Shown: positions 25,992 through 47,164 of the stretch, piece by piece
Layout: the number at the start of each line of letters is the position of its first letter
Position numbering within the stretch: the stretch's first letter is position 1
Assembly (NCBI GenBank): GCA_973851085.1
Contig: OZ316775.1
Coordinates: 11,222,001-11,286,000 of the forward strand
Length of the DNA: 64,000 nucleotides
Source: Ptychomitrium polyphyllum
Taxonomy: Eukaryota
Direction: 5' to 3'
The notes under the pieces: model-generated
What the model was told of the DNA's origin: nothing
Seen by the model: the letters and a program-made list of their open reading frames with translations, nothing else
Databases searched by the model: none
Program-made: the position numbers and the translations under genes

Positions 25992-27279
25992 CACGTATGT
26001 TTTATTTGAAAACTTGAGATATCAACTTCTATCAACTTATCGTATTTGTAGTTAGTGGCCTGTGCAAATAAAAGTAATCAAATATAATTGATAGAAGTTT
26101 GTGATGGCTTGGCAGCTATATTTTGCAGTTTAATTTTTGGTTCTTCGCTCGTTTCTCTGTACAGGAGTTATAGAGAGTTACAGGCTTACATGTTGCCAAG
26201 AGTAATCATTGTAGACAGATCTGCACGCTCTTTATCCCCTGATAGACGGTGTGTATGGCCGTGGGCTCAACTGCCTTCCATACTCATGACCGCGCCAAAA
26301 CATAAATGAGTCTAGATCTGATTGAAGACTGGTTTTTTTTGCAGCAAGGTTTTTTTGCAGTAGATGCTTTAGGAAGCCTATCACTGCCAAATTTGAAGCA
26401 CCAAAACTGTGAGGTTTCAAGATATGGCTTTGACCAAAGCTGGTGAAGTTTGACCCTGCGGGCAGCTCCTGTAAAAGCCTGATTTAGGTAGCGCTTCTGA
26501 CTAGAAGGCAACTGTGTCAGCTAGTAATCTGTACATGACCCTCAAGAACCAAAAGCATTTGAAGCTTTAACGAAACCAGCCAAGAATAGAGAAAAAATCA
26601 ACTCGCATTCAGTGAAATTGCTTGTCCGCATAGAGGTCCTGATATGGCGCCAAAAGCTGAGTATCACAGCTACTGTCTTGGTTGAGAAGTACTATCTCTG
26701 ATCCAGAAACAAATTATTCAAAAATAGCACTTCATCGAGTGCTCGAAGACAAATCAAAAAGTGTCTTTGTAAACACTGTAGGGGTCACTGCTCTGCCTTC
26801 GCAAGATGTGCCAAAAATTTCGTTTCTTGGAACGGACCAGCAATACTATTTAAGTGCACAGGTGGAATATCTGCAGTTATCAGTAAATTATGCACCATTT
26901 AGCTCCCTTGTCAATTTTATGTAGAAGTGGATATGTCCCCTTCCACAACCAGTAGCTAACTCCTGAACTCACAATCCAGGCATTCACCACCAAAGTCTCA
27001 TAAAGGGAGTATGGTAATTACCGTATGGGAATCATTAAGAATGACGTAATACATTGTACGATATTTCATCCGCCCATTGTAAAAATATGGAATACGCAAT
27101 CCACACGAGATAACAGAATTTTCATATGATTCCGTTATATTCCTGTCCATTAGAAACTTCATGTTATTTTTTGATAAAACTTTCTAAAACTTCTTGTTAC
27201 TTCTGTATCACTATTATACACATCTAGTTACCCAGACACCGTTTCCACACTGCTGCCGTGGCAGCCACGCTTACTTCGC

Positions 27280-27666
27280 ACAAACACCCGTATTGCTATA
27301 AATACCCCGTCAACAGCTAGTCGATACTGCCCAACTACCCGGAATACACCCTCGTTATCTTAGGCAGGTATCTGCCCATTAACAGAGAGGATTATGACTC
27401 ACTGCCAGCACTGTACACATAAATCCCCGGCTGAAACCTCTATTATGGGTACAGATACCCATTTGGTACTCTGGTAATACTCAGGCAGGGCGCACTGGAC
27501 ATCATGTGATACTATTTCCGGACATCCTTCTAAGGACTCGGGAAACCCTAGATTGACCCGGACGTTACCAAGGCAATGTCCATGCGGTATCCACTCTATA
27601 CCCATCATGACACGTTACATACCCAGAGATACCATGACTGGACCACGGGGATACTTAGGTGGATAT
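27280..27666 (+). promoter_or_regulatory. 11-bp-phased GATACC-like motif array upstream of the ABHD18-like gene (function unknown)
   Basis: Units at 27433, 27454, 27465, 27476, 27508, 27542, 27553, 27564, 27575, 27586, 27597, 27607, 27618, 27628, 27639, 27650 (GAAACC, GATACC, GGTACT, AATACT, GTTACC, TATACC, CATACC...). Confidence 0.6.
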
Positions 27667-28629
27667 GGGGAACGAGGCGCGTGACTGCAGAGCTGTGAGG
27701 CAGTCCTTGTGTTGCCTGCTCCACCGATTGCTCCTCAAAGCTCTCCAATTCTTCCCTCTTCGTTTTGTAGGCTCAGATTGCGCAGCGTGTGCATCTCAGG
27801 CAGCGGGAGAAAGCAATGCGATGCGAGGGTTGCAAATAAACCAGGCATTATTTGGTTGCATTCTGTTCTGGGAGCTCACGTTGGCGACGAGGCCTGCCGA
27901 TCATCACCAGCAATCCGGTACACTACGAACGGTGTGTGTTTTTCGCTCTTGAGTCGTTCAGCTGTGTTGCTTGACGAGTGGGTTGTGAGGCTATATTGTG
28001 CAGTGAGTTGCGTTAGTTGGTGGCTGATTGTGGTTGGTTTTGGGGTTTTCTGAGTTTTTGAGTGATTTTTGTCTTTGGGTTTGCAGTTGAAGAGGTGACC
28101 CGAGGAGTGGGAGTTGTGTGGGTTTTAGGGTTTGGCGGTTCGCATTGGTCGTGAGCGTTGATGGAAGAGGAGATGCGTCCTTTGGGGTGGAGTTTTTGAT
28201 CGCGCTCAGGTTGGGGTGTTGTTTTACTTGTATAGTTGATGGTTGAGTCGTCGTGTTGGTTACCGTTGGTGTTGGTTTTTGTTTGGCTGCTAACTGTTTG
28301 TGTGTGCCAATTGCCTACATTGCGTGAGGGGATGAGCATTGCAGGGGATTTTCATCTTTACATGGGAGTGTTAGTGTACGGTTATTGATGCAGTTGTGAG
28401 CTCTTACACGCTCTTTTTGGGTTTCTTCAGGAGGTTTACTTTTTGGAATGAAGTGGACAAAACAATGCGAGGGCACGTCATGTGGGCGTGGAACTGAATG
28501 TTGGCTCTGGGAAGCGTCGTTGGTGCTAGTTTGACGTCGAGTATTTGTGGGTTAGGGCTTTGTGATGAAGAGGACGACATTCAGGCTGAAGTAGTGAAAA
28601 GAACTTCGTAGTTGCACGGAGAGTAGACG

Positions 28630-31068
28630 ATGGTAGTGGTCAAATTAGGAGCGGCGCACTATTGGCTGGACCATCTCTATGGAGCAATCATGCACCGGAT
28701 GGGGCTCGCACCGCCTTTCTTCTCAGGCGGTTGGGGCGGGCCGAAGCTGGAGTTGCTAGAGCAGATGTCAAGGCAGCTGATTTCGCAGGGGCTCGCGCAA
28801 GTGTCGCTGCAGCATTGGCCGCCTCCTGCCATCAATCCTGTGTGGAGGACCGTGTGGGAGTCCAGGAGAGCTAGGCTGCAGGAAGGAGTTTTCACCACGC
28901 CGTGTGAAGAGATGCTGAAGCAGGTATTGCCGATCGAGAGCCAGACTGCCCGTGTGCGACTGCTAAGCCCTCGCAATGTTCCTGTTCACGAGACGTCTTG
29001 TGTGGTGCACTTGGCTGGTATATTTTCCGCTCTCCTGTTGTCAACAAGTTTATGTTTGTTTTTTCAATAAAATAAGCAAATAAGTAGCCAACAGAGTCGG
29101 GATTTATTGCAATGGGATTGTGCTGGTTTTTTAAGCGTGAATAGCACAGTGCTGCTGCTAGATCCTCAACGAATTTTCAGCTTGGATGATCACACATCGT
29201 CTTGGAGTAACTTGATGGTTGTTGACAGTCCTTCAGCCAAAGCTTCTTGCACGTCATATTCTTTCTTGACTGAGTAGATTGAGTTGTTTTTAGTGGTTGG
29301 TGTCTCCGATCCGTTACACGATTTTGCAGGAATAGATGATCATGAGTTTGACCGTCAGACGGGGTTTATTGCAACGGGATTATGCTTGTTTTGCAGGCAC
29401 AGGTGATCATGGGTTTGATCGGCGCTTGCGATTAGGTGGCCCATTGTTAGAAAAGAATATTGCTACCATGGTACTGGAAAGGTGAATATCTGGTTGACTT
29501 TCCTACTTGATTGATTGCTCTCCTGTATAGTTATCTTTGTATAGAGTATGTCGGAAGATAATATGGAGTTTATTTTTCCTTTATGAACGAAGTTCTATGC
29601 AAAGCTCTACTTTAGTTAAGTCATTACCTTCCTCACTGAAGGTGCATATTTGAACTTCCATTATAAGTCAAGGGTTACCCCTCGCAGGTGCGCCCAGTTA
29701 TGTTAACAAAGATTGATAATATTCCCAAGTTCATAGAAGATTGAAGGTGATAAAGGCCAGGCTTGGTTAGAGTATGGAGTCACAACTTTAAACTCAGGTT
29801 TCAAGCTGCTGCATTAGAGGTCCAGGTTAGGCCAGATAAGTACTCGGCATTAGTTTATTTGACCTACAAAATCTCCTAAATGAAACGCTACTTATCATCG
29901 CACGCATATATGTCTTGGAGAACTTTGGTTTCTATGAATGCTTCTCTTAATCTGAAAGGTGAGGCAACAGTGAGCACATCAGTACTGTAAACATTTTTAG
30001 GTTCGTTCCTGCAGCCCCTATTATGGCAAACGGCGACCGCCTTTACAACGGGGAGCGAGGTTGCTGTGTGTGAGTGACTTGTTATTACTTGGAAGGACTA
30101 CTATCGAAGAAGCTCGATCTCTTTTGCATTGGTTGGAGACAGCAGAAGGATACAAGAAGCTGGGAATTTGCGGGCTTAGTATGGGTATGTGGGCTTTTAC
30201 ATTTTGTCCTCTTGATATTCCTTCAAGATATCCAAGTATTCCTTTCCGTTCGCTTATACATCTGAGCACATGTTACTGTGTATCCGATCTATTTGTGCAA
30301 TTTTTTTAATATTAGAATTATTTTGTCCCTATTTCTTATGTTTTGAGTTGAAAACAATGAGTGGCTGGAAAATTCGATGGGTCTATCTACAGGAGGTGTT
30401 CATGCTGCTATGGTGGGGTCATTGCATAGGACACCCGTAGCAATCCTGCCGTTCTTAACTCCCCATTCTGCAGCGGTAGCATTCTGTGAGGGCATACTGC
30501 AGTATGGGACTGCCTGGGAAGTCCTCATGCGTGATGAGCTTCTCTCTAGGTCCATGACACGTGAACAAGTAGTGGAGCGGCTGCGGTCTGTTTTATCACT
30601 TACGGATGTGACACAATTTCCTCCTCCGAGAAACCCCAATTCTGTTATCTTTGTGGCTGCCACGGTAATCCTGCTGTCCATTTCTGATGTACTTTCTACC
30701 ATTCATCGTCATCGTGTGGTACCTCTCTTTGAAACTTCTAGTTATTTTTGTTCTATTTTTAAACAACTTCATTTTTAGAATGTATATCACATCAGAGGCA
30801 AATAAAAATTCTAGCGAATCTTGTACCACATGTTTTTCCTTCTATTTTTATGAACGATTAAGCAAGCAGTGAACTGAGTCATTGAATTCTGTGGTCTGTT
30901 GCTCATCAGGACGATGGATACGTGCCGGACCATTCTGTGCTGAAATTGCAGAAGGCATGGCCAGGGTCAGAAGTGAGGTGGGTAAGAGGTGGTCACGTCT
31001 CCTCCTTCATATTACACAATAAGACGTTCCAAAAAGCTATCCAAGATGGGTTAGATCGGTTGCCCTGA
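28630..31068 (+). CDS. ABHD18-like (DUF2048) alpha/beta hydrolase, 5 coding exons
   Basis: Exons 28630-29017, 29397-29481, ~30015-30184, ~30393-30664, ~30910-31068. Motifs: PPFFSGGWGG, VHLAGTGDHGFDRR, LESPYYGKRRP, nucleophile elbow GLSMGG, ATDDGYVP, GGHVSSF. Confidence 0.9.
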
Positions 31069-34000
31069 TTGTTAGTTTCATGGAAGTTGTATATTAGTCA
31101 TTCATTGCTGCTGATTTGTTCTTGTATAGTTTACTACACCATTGATTTAGGTTGGTCTAGTGTACCTATTTAGGATCTTAAGTCATGCTAGAAACAAACT
31201 CATCATGAGAGTAGGTACTGAAGGTAGGTGAAAATTACTTGGTGAAAAGTACAAGAATTTTGTGAATATGTACTATTCAAAGTACATGAGGTTGATAAGT
31301 TATACGGGAGTTTAAATTGGATGAGAACACAAAATTTGGACATGTCTAAATATCTTAGGAATTATTTTAAATGAAGATCCAAGGGACCTTAAAATGGCTA
31401 TCTATGTATGTACTTTCCATAGCTCTATATGCACTTAATCTGAAAGTTCAATCATTGTTCCAGGTCTGTAAGTTACAAAAATTTGAATCCCATTTTTAAT
31501 GTTGTCAACTAACTTAGGCATCCTCTATTATCCTTGATCTTTTTTCAAGCATAGATGGGACTTTGATGTTTTTGGAAAGTTCTTTGCTTCCATGGAATGC
31601 TAGTTGTGAGCCACACTATGCTGGCTTGTTGTTAAAGCACCAACTAAGGGATTACAACTACACCTAAACCCCTAAACCTGATTACAGCTACAGCTTTAGA
31701 AAAAAAAATATGATGATAAGAAAGAAGATTTCATGATGAACGCAAATGTTTTGACAAATTTATTTCAAATATTGGAATCATAAATTTTTTATGTGAAAGT
31801 ACTTTGGAACCCATAAGTTTGACACAGTTCAACCTAGAATTTTAATATGTGCTATAAGTGTTGTTCATGATGATATCTTAAATCACCACATATTTCTTCC
31901 AATATGCCATTGGTTGACTTTTAAAATTGTGCCTTGGAAATTGGCCTTATGGTCTTGCAAGGGGTTTCAAGAAAAGTCTACACTGTAGTTATGGGGAGCT
32001 CGTCCTTTAAGAAAAATCAACCATATCTTCTGGTGGAATGTTTGCATCTGGAAATGCTTCTTTTGAAATTTTATGGTCTGAGATACAAGAATGATCATAA
32101 AATTCCTGCACTGTATCTAGGCTCTTTTCTGGGTCAGACTTCAATTACTGACAGATTTCATCTTTGGCTTCTGATGCTATAAGTTAGTACAGTGCCGTTG
32201 GTTACTTGTAAATATGCCTAACAATCAGCTTCCATAATACTTGGATGAATTGGGTTAATTGTATTGCCCATAAATGGTTCTATAGATATGTTCCACTCAA
32301 CGTTGAATAGCCTGACGCCTGCTCCTCAATTATCAGTTTTCATCCCTGGTTCATACCTAGAAATTTAGAGTCACAAATGAGCAAGGTCCAGCAATTTCTG
32401 TGCATTTCTTGCCATCCTATATATGTTTCAACAATTCACAGCTGCTGAGTTTTTTTCATATATTCTTTGGTAGCCTTGGACATCACCCTTGGAAGAGTTA
32501 AAGACAGTCCCAACATTCACGATAAGAGCCCCATTATTCCAGTTCACTAGGTGAATTTTGTTGATTACAATGAGTAACAGGAAACAAGCTTACTGCTAAT
32601 ATCGGAATTGAAGTTTGTCATCATTATCATTTAGAGATGGCATGAATTAGAAAAGCGTAACTGACCAAGCTCATATTCACTAAATTGGTCGCCTTTAATT
32701 TCACAATGCCTAAGTTTAAAATAGATCATATCAATTCAAAGCACTCAATGCTGTAGGAAAAACTAATGTCTTGCTACTGATGTGCCATATGATTTTTTCC
32801 TAAAAGTTCCGATTAATTCATTTGAAGTCCAACCAAATATGGAAATGGACAGGTATTTCATATTATAAACGTAGATATTCCTCCTTTCTCTTACCTCCAT
32901 ATATTTTTGGTGATCCTTTTGCAAGTATGTTATTCTGATTTTTAATTTCAATAATTTTTTTTTAAATTAGTGTTTTAATACCAAAAAAATCCCACTACCG
33001 TCTCACAAACTGGTGTTGCATGATGTGGAACTGGAACTTTGAATACTTCACTAGATTACATATTTGCATCCATGAAAATGCCAGCTTTGAACTCCACAAA
33101 TATCAACATGCCTAAGGAACCAAATTAATATTATAATCCACCTACTTTTGCACACTCCTACTTTGGAAAAACTTGTTGAAAATCACAACCATGGTCTGAG
33201 TCAACATGGACAGACACATTCATATCATCGTCGCCACACACAAACCAAATCTCATTGCAGATATAATGCAAGTCATTAAACCATTTCACTAATAAGCAAA
33301 CCAGCTCACAGATAGAACACACGTCACCAAAACTCATCCCAGATTAAAGCATTGCAGGCAAAGGCTAGGCTTGCTGAAACAGTGAAGTTTGCTTTTGCTG
33401 AAGGTGTGGGTATCCGCACTTGAATTTGGGCATCCACAACAAACATATTCCAAATACCACCCAGATCCAGAATTGTAGTTCACTTACCTTCTCTTGCAAT
33501 TCATTGAAAGGTATTGTAGTTGAAGAATGCATACCAAACTAGAAAGCAAGAGCATGATTAGCTGTGCATTTTCTTACACACAAAATAATGCAATTCAAGA
33601 CTGCTTCACCTCTACCTCTGCCGGAAGAGCATCGAGACTGAGAAGTAGCTGTAGATAAAGCACAAAAGAACAGTAAGATCATCCTTTTTGTAATCAGCCT
33701 TTACTTAAAATAGATGAACACTAGAATGGTTTGTCAAAGATCATTTGAGGTGAAGTTAGCAACGTTTCTACTATTGTAGTGAAGTCATGTATGTGTAACT
33801 GTAATTTCACGCAAGAAGCACCCATCCACCAATAAAATGCGGTGAAAGTTTTCATGCTTGAATTCTGCAATACTATTACCAAAGTTGAAGGCTTGTTAAC
33901 CATCCCTCTATGGTACAAAAACGTTTACTCATCTCATTACTGCTAGTGTAGAATCGTGGAGAAGCTTACATATTTAGAAAGACAAGTCTTGCCAATTTGA

Positions 34001-34132
34001 TCCCTATGAGGTCATTGAAATGCCCCCGTTCCAAACTACATGAGCACTCACTTCACAAGTTAAAAAAAATATGTCTGCTAAAATTCTCTCCAACTGTCAG
34101 TTAAAAATGTGGCTGTCAACACAATGAAGTAG

Positions 34133-42903
<8,771 letters not shown>

Positions 42904-43237
42904 TAGAGCTCAATCACGAAACACTCCGTAACTGCTCCCGTATGTGATCAACTTGTGACGCCAAAGCGGCAGACTCCGGAGTGCTCTGTAACGCAGTTTC
43001 CACAGCTTCGGTAAGCTGTGGTGCGAGAGGAGTGAAGAGACAGCTGCAGCATTCGGAGGCAGAGCGAGAGCGGGGAAAGAGATGACGAAGCAGAATGCAC
43101 AGAGTTCGACGCCAGGGGGCCGGCGCCGCGCCCTCCCTGAGAAATTTTGCAAACAACACAACGCCCGCTCTGCTGCAAACGCAGCTTCTCGAGCAACCTT
43201 CACAGCTTCACAACGTCAAATACTTCTCCATTCTGCG

Positions 43238-43725
43238 CGACATCACCCGGGTATCTTCGTGGTATAATACAGGTATCACCAGGGTTTACGCGTGTATCAG
43301 ACCCGTATCGTACGGTATCCATACGGTATCAAAAACGCCTCGAGGGTATCACAGGAGACTTTCACTCAGCGAGCGGTTATCACCCGCCGGTATCAGCAGG
43401 ACATCTCATTCTAACCACCTGCGTATCACCTAGCTACAGTACGGACAATTTTCGAAAAGTGAAGGTTGTAAAGTTCCTGGGAGTGAGTCCATAGTTTGGA
43501 GCTTGTAAAAATCGGTGGCCGGAATGGAGGGAGCACGCATTGGACTCTGGGTGATCGCACGCGTATGGCATAGGTGTTACATGGTTATAGAGACCGTATC
43601 ACATGAGTATCACAGGAGTATCACGTGAATCGTGAGGGCATCTCAAGAGTAACTTTAGTTTCTCGTGGACGTCGTATATTTGTAGCACCACAGTAGTATC
43701 AACTGAGTTTCACGCAGGTATCTAC
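43238..43725 (-). promoter_or_regulatory. 10.7-11-bp-phased GGTATC array upstream of ABCC (function unknown)
   Basis: 14 exact GTATC copies on + (43251, 43273, 43294, 43305, 43315, 43326, 43346, 43390, 43423, 43596, 43607, 43618, 43696, 43718) plus in-phase variants. Confidence 0.7.
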
Positions 43726-44099
43726 ATTATGTGCACAACGGAAAGTTCTTGAGACTCGTTGTGGAGGTGGTGCCCACTGTTGAGGAGTTGGGGCAAGCGG
43801 TGGCCAGGAAAGTGGGAAGAGCACGGACCATGCACGGTCACGGGTCGTTCAAGGCAGATTCGTCCCTCAGCCTAGTTTAAGTCAACTGTAACTGTTGCAC
43901 TGTAGTGTACCGTTGTGCTTGCACCGCTAAATTCTTCCTACCGTATTGCCGGTATGTATAGAGAATGCCGCAGCTTTCTATTTTCTTAGAGAGGTTACTG
44001 CAGCCAGCGAATTCCCATTGTTCGTGCCTTGTATAGAGTCCAGCTCACATGGCAGCCTCCTCGTAGAGGCTCTTTGAGGACCCATACGTTGTCCTGCTT

Positions 44100-45490
44100 A
44101 ATATTAGGATCCATATCCTATTTTTGGTACTTTTAAGTTTTTGAACATAGTAGGGAAGGAAATTTTATAGTTTTGTCTATATGTTCTCTTTGTACTTATA
44201 AAACTTATTTTTACTTTTTACTTTCACTTTGTTCACTCTTTGATTTTTTGCTATACTTTTTATCTTTTTATTGTTTTATATTTTACCTTTTCATTATTTT
44301 ATTTCTACCTTTTTTATTGTTTTACTTTGACTTTTTTGCTCTTTCAATTTATAACTGTTTTACCTTCTACGTTTTTATTGTTTCAACTTCTAATTTATTA
44401 TTTTTCACTATTACTATTGCATTGTTTTGCTATACTATTCTTTTTTTAATATTATTGTTTTAAAAAGAGTTTTTTTTTTTTTGCCTTTTTTTCTTTTACC
44501 TTTTTGAAGAAACTATTAAAATTGTACAAACATTTATATTAAATGCCATTACATCAAAGATGTAGTGGCTGCTTTCCTTGTTTATGTTTGATTCCAAGCA
44601 TGTAGCCTCAAATTATTTTAAAGTTTATTTTGGCAATTCATATAATTAATGTGGAGTTGTGGCTCTAAAAAATGAGCTTATTCAACCTAAAAATTAATGG
44701 CATCTATCATAAAACATCTCCCTCTTCCATAATGAAGAGGGTCATATTTAAAGCATTCTTTTAAAAAGATGACAACAATACTTTTTTAAAGCACTAAGCT
44801 TAAAAATTCACACGATTATTAAGTTCTTCATATTAAAATAAGTGATTGTACATTTATAACAATCATGACTTTGTAATAGTAAATTGGTAAAATTAATGTG
44901 GAATAAGGTGTCCATCTTTAACCTCCAATTCAAAGAAGTATGTCAAATATTACTATGGAAATGACAATTGTCCATCAATCATAACAAAATATGATTAATG
45001 TTTTTAGACCACGCCAATTTATATTTGAGTGATGTTCAAATTTTATTTGAGCATAGCATTCTTTATTTATAGTAGTAATAAAAACAACAATGTTTTGTTT
45101 TATTTTTATTGTAAAAATTTGATCCATGATTGGATCAATAGTTTGACAAATAATTATATTTTCAATGTTTAAGAACTTCTCAAATAAGTTTTTTTAATGC
45201 ATATTTGCTAGTATATGAGTAGATAAATCCAATGAACATTTAATTACAATTGTATATCAATTTAAGTTTGCAAGAAATTCAAATATTATAAATCTATGAT
45301 GAATTAGAACCTATTTCTGATATTTGTATTTGAAAAGACACAAATGATATTTGACAAAAGTTCCAAACATTCCAAAAAGAGTTGGAGATGATTTAGTTCT
45401 TTGAATTAGCCAATGAATCTAAGAAGCAATAACTTTCAGCACCTAAAGTTTGGATATCGAAAGATTTCCAACATGTTGAGAGGTCCTTTC
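44100..45490. mobile_element. AT-rich degenerate transposon-like relic with T-rich (TTTTAC-like) low-complexity end
   Basis: High AT; broken minus-strand frame with TGA at probable CGA sites; T-rich tract 44170-44540 resembles the reverse complement of 58500-58760. Confidence 0.45.
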
Positions 45491-45699
45491 CCTAAAAGAC
45501 CCATATCCTACCCTGAAGCTTTTTTGCTTTTCTCGTCTCCCGTTCTCGGTCACCCGCTCCCGACCACCCGTCCTCGGTCCCCCGTCTCCCGTTGGCGAAG
45601 GTGTACGAAGTAGCGTCGGAGAAATCCTCCCGAAGCGGGCGGAGCATCAAATGGAATCGCAAGGGATGCTGAACCAGCCAGAACTCGCCGAAGCTGTGA

Positions 45700-45775
45700 A
45701 ACTTTCCACGTGTATGATTTCCAGCTGGCAAGCCTGCTGACTCAGTTACCTGCCACCTCGTGGCCACCTGGCAGC
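45700..45775 (+). promoter_or_regulatory. ABRE/G-box-like elements in the LEA promoter
   Basis: CACGTG at 45707-45712 and GCCACCTCGTGGC / GCCACCTGGC at ~45752-45771, upstream of a LEA gene. ABRE control of LEA genes is established knowledge. Confidence 0.55.
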
Positions 45776-46204
45776 CCCGCTGGACCCCAAGTGGCTGCGC
45801 AGCAGCTCCTGTGGGCTACATAACTCATGTAGCCCACTCTTTCGTCATCGTCCATCCTCTTTACCGAACTCAGTGCACACCCACGTTTCAGTCTCTGGGC
45901 AAGCTTAGTACGATTGTTACCTCATCTTTCTCTTGCAACAACCGAGGTGGGTGCACCGTAGATGAGTATCAGCAAAGGATCAAGAAGCTAGTCCAATGTT
46001 GAATTGCTGAACTGTAGTTTTGACGTCAAAAGTCTGATCAGAAGTCTTACTAGATTGTGCTCTTTGTTGTCATCGAGCTGTTTTGATACTAGTCTGAACT
46101 GAGCTTGGTTGTGCGGATGTTGTGGCAGGTGCATCAAGAGGACGTTTCCTGTAATTTAATCTCGCGCAGCTAGTTTTGTTTGTGTATTCTTTTGAGATCG
46201 AATC

Positions 46205-47164
46205 ATGGCTGATGTTGAAGGTGCCAAGAACAAGGCTCACGAAGATGCCCAGGTATATTATCGGTTTGTTGCTGCTCTTTGAAGGTTTTGGTGGTTAGTC
46301 TTCTGGATGAGCTTTGTACAGCAGGATATCAGCGAGTGGTGTAGGTGTCTTTTATCTGCCCTATTTTTTGGCCCTTGAGATTCGGCTTGTTATCCCAGCC
46401 TTTATGATAATCTTGCCAGGGGATGGTAGCTGTGAAACCTAGGTTTGTAATGAGTACAACGCTGTCGAGATTTTACGGTAGAGGTCGTAATTTCATAATC
46501 TTAGATTTCGTAGGTTGTGAATGTTTAGTTGCTTCTGTTGTGTTCCAATTTAGAAAACTTGCTGAGATGTGAATTGCCAATGTGTCATACACCGTTGATA
46601 GAGTTCACTGGTTTGCTCGCTGGATAAAGTTGCAAGATTTGGAAAATCGACCTGTTTGGGAAGTGTCTAAAAATATTCGTGATTGTGCAGAACATTTTGA
46701 ACTCGGCTGACAAGAAGGCCGATGAAGCACTCGCCGGCTCTACTTATGAACACAGTGTGAAGGATGATGCTGATGTAGGGTCTCCTACCATGGGTGAAAA
46801 GACATCAGATGCTACCGAGAAGGCGAAGGAATCCACAGGATCTGCCTGGGAGTCTACGAAACAAGGAACTTCTGACGCAGTTGGCACGACCAAAGAGAAG
46901 ACTGGATCTGCTTGGGAATCTACAAAGCAGGGTACTGCTGATGCTACTGAGAAAACGAAGGAGAAGACAGGATCTGCTTGGGAGTCTACAAAGCAAGGTA
47001 CATCTGATGCTGCTGAAGCTACAAAGGAGAAAGCAGTGCAGGCTAAGGATGAGAGTGCAGGCTTGCTGCAGCAGGCCAGTGAAAAGGTGAAGGAGGCAGC
47101 GTCAGCAACGTACGATGCCTTGGACAAGGCCAACCGTTACGAAACCTATCAATCGAAAGATTAA
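46205..47164 (+). CDS. Late embryogenesis abundant (group 3 / LEA_4-like) hydrophilin, 2 coding exons
   Basis: Exon 46205-46252 (MADVEGAKNKAHEDAQ) plus 46691-47164; three 22-aa (2x11-mer) repeats GSAWESTKQGT(S/A)DA..(T)KEK; A/K/E/T-rich. Confidence 0.88.

Noticed and set aside
44173..44463. Hydrophobic F/L/Y-rich ORFs (also 58496-58849)
   Set aside because: Translation of T-rich low-complexity DNA, not membrane proteins.
46800..47035. 66-bp direct repeats resembling an array
   Set aside because: Coding repeats of the LEA protein, with no unique spacers; not CRISPR.
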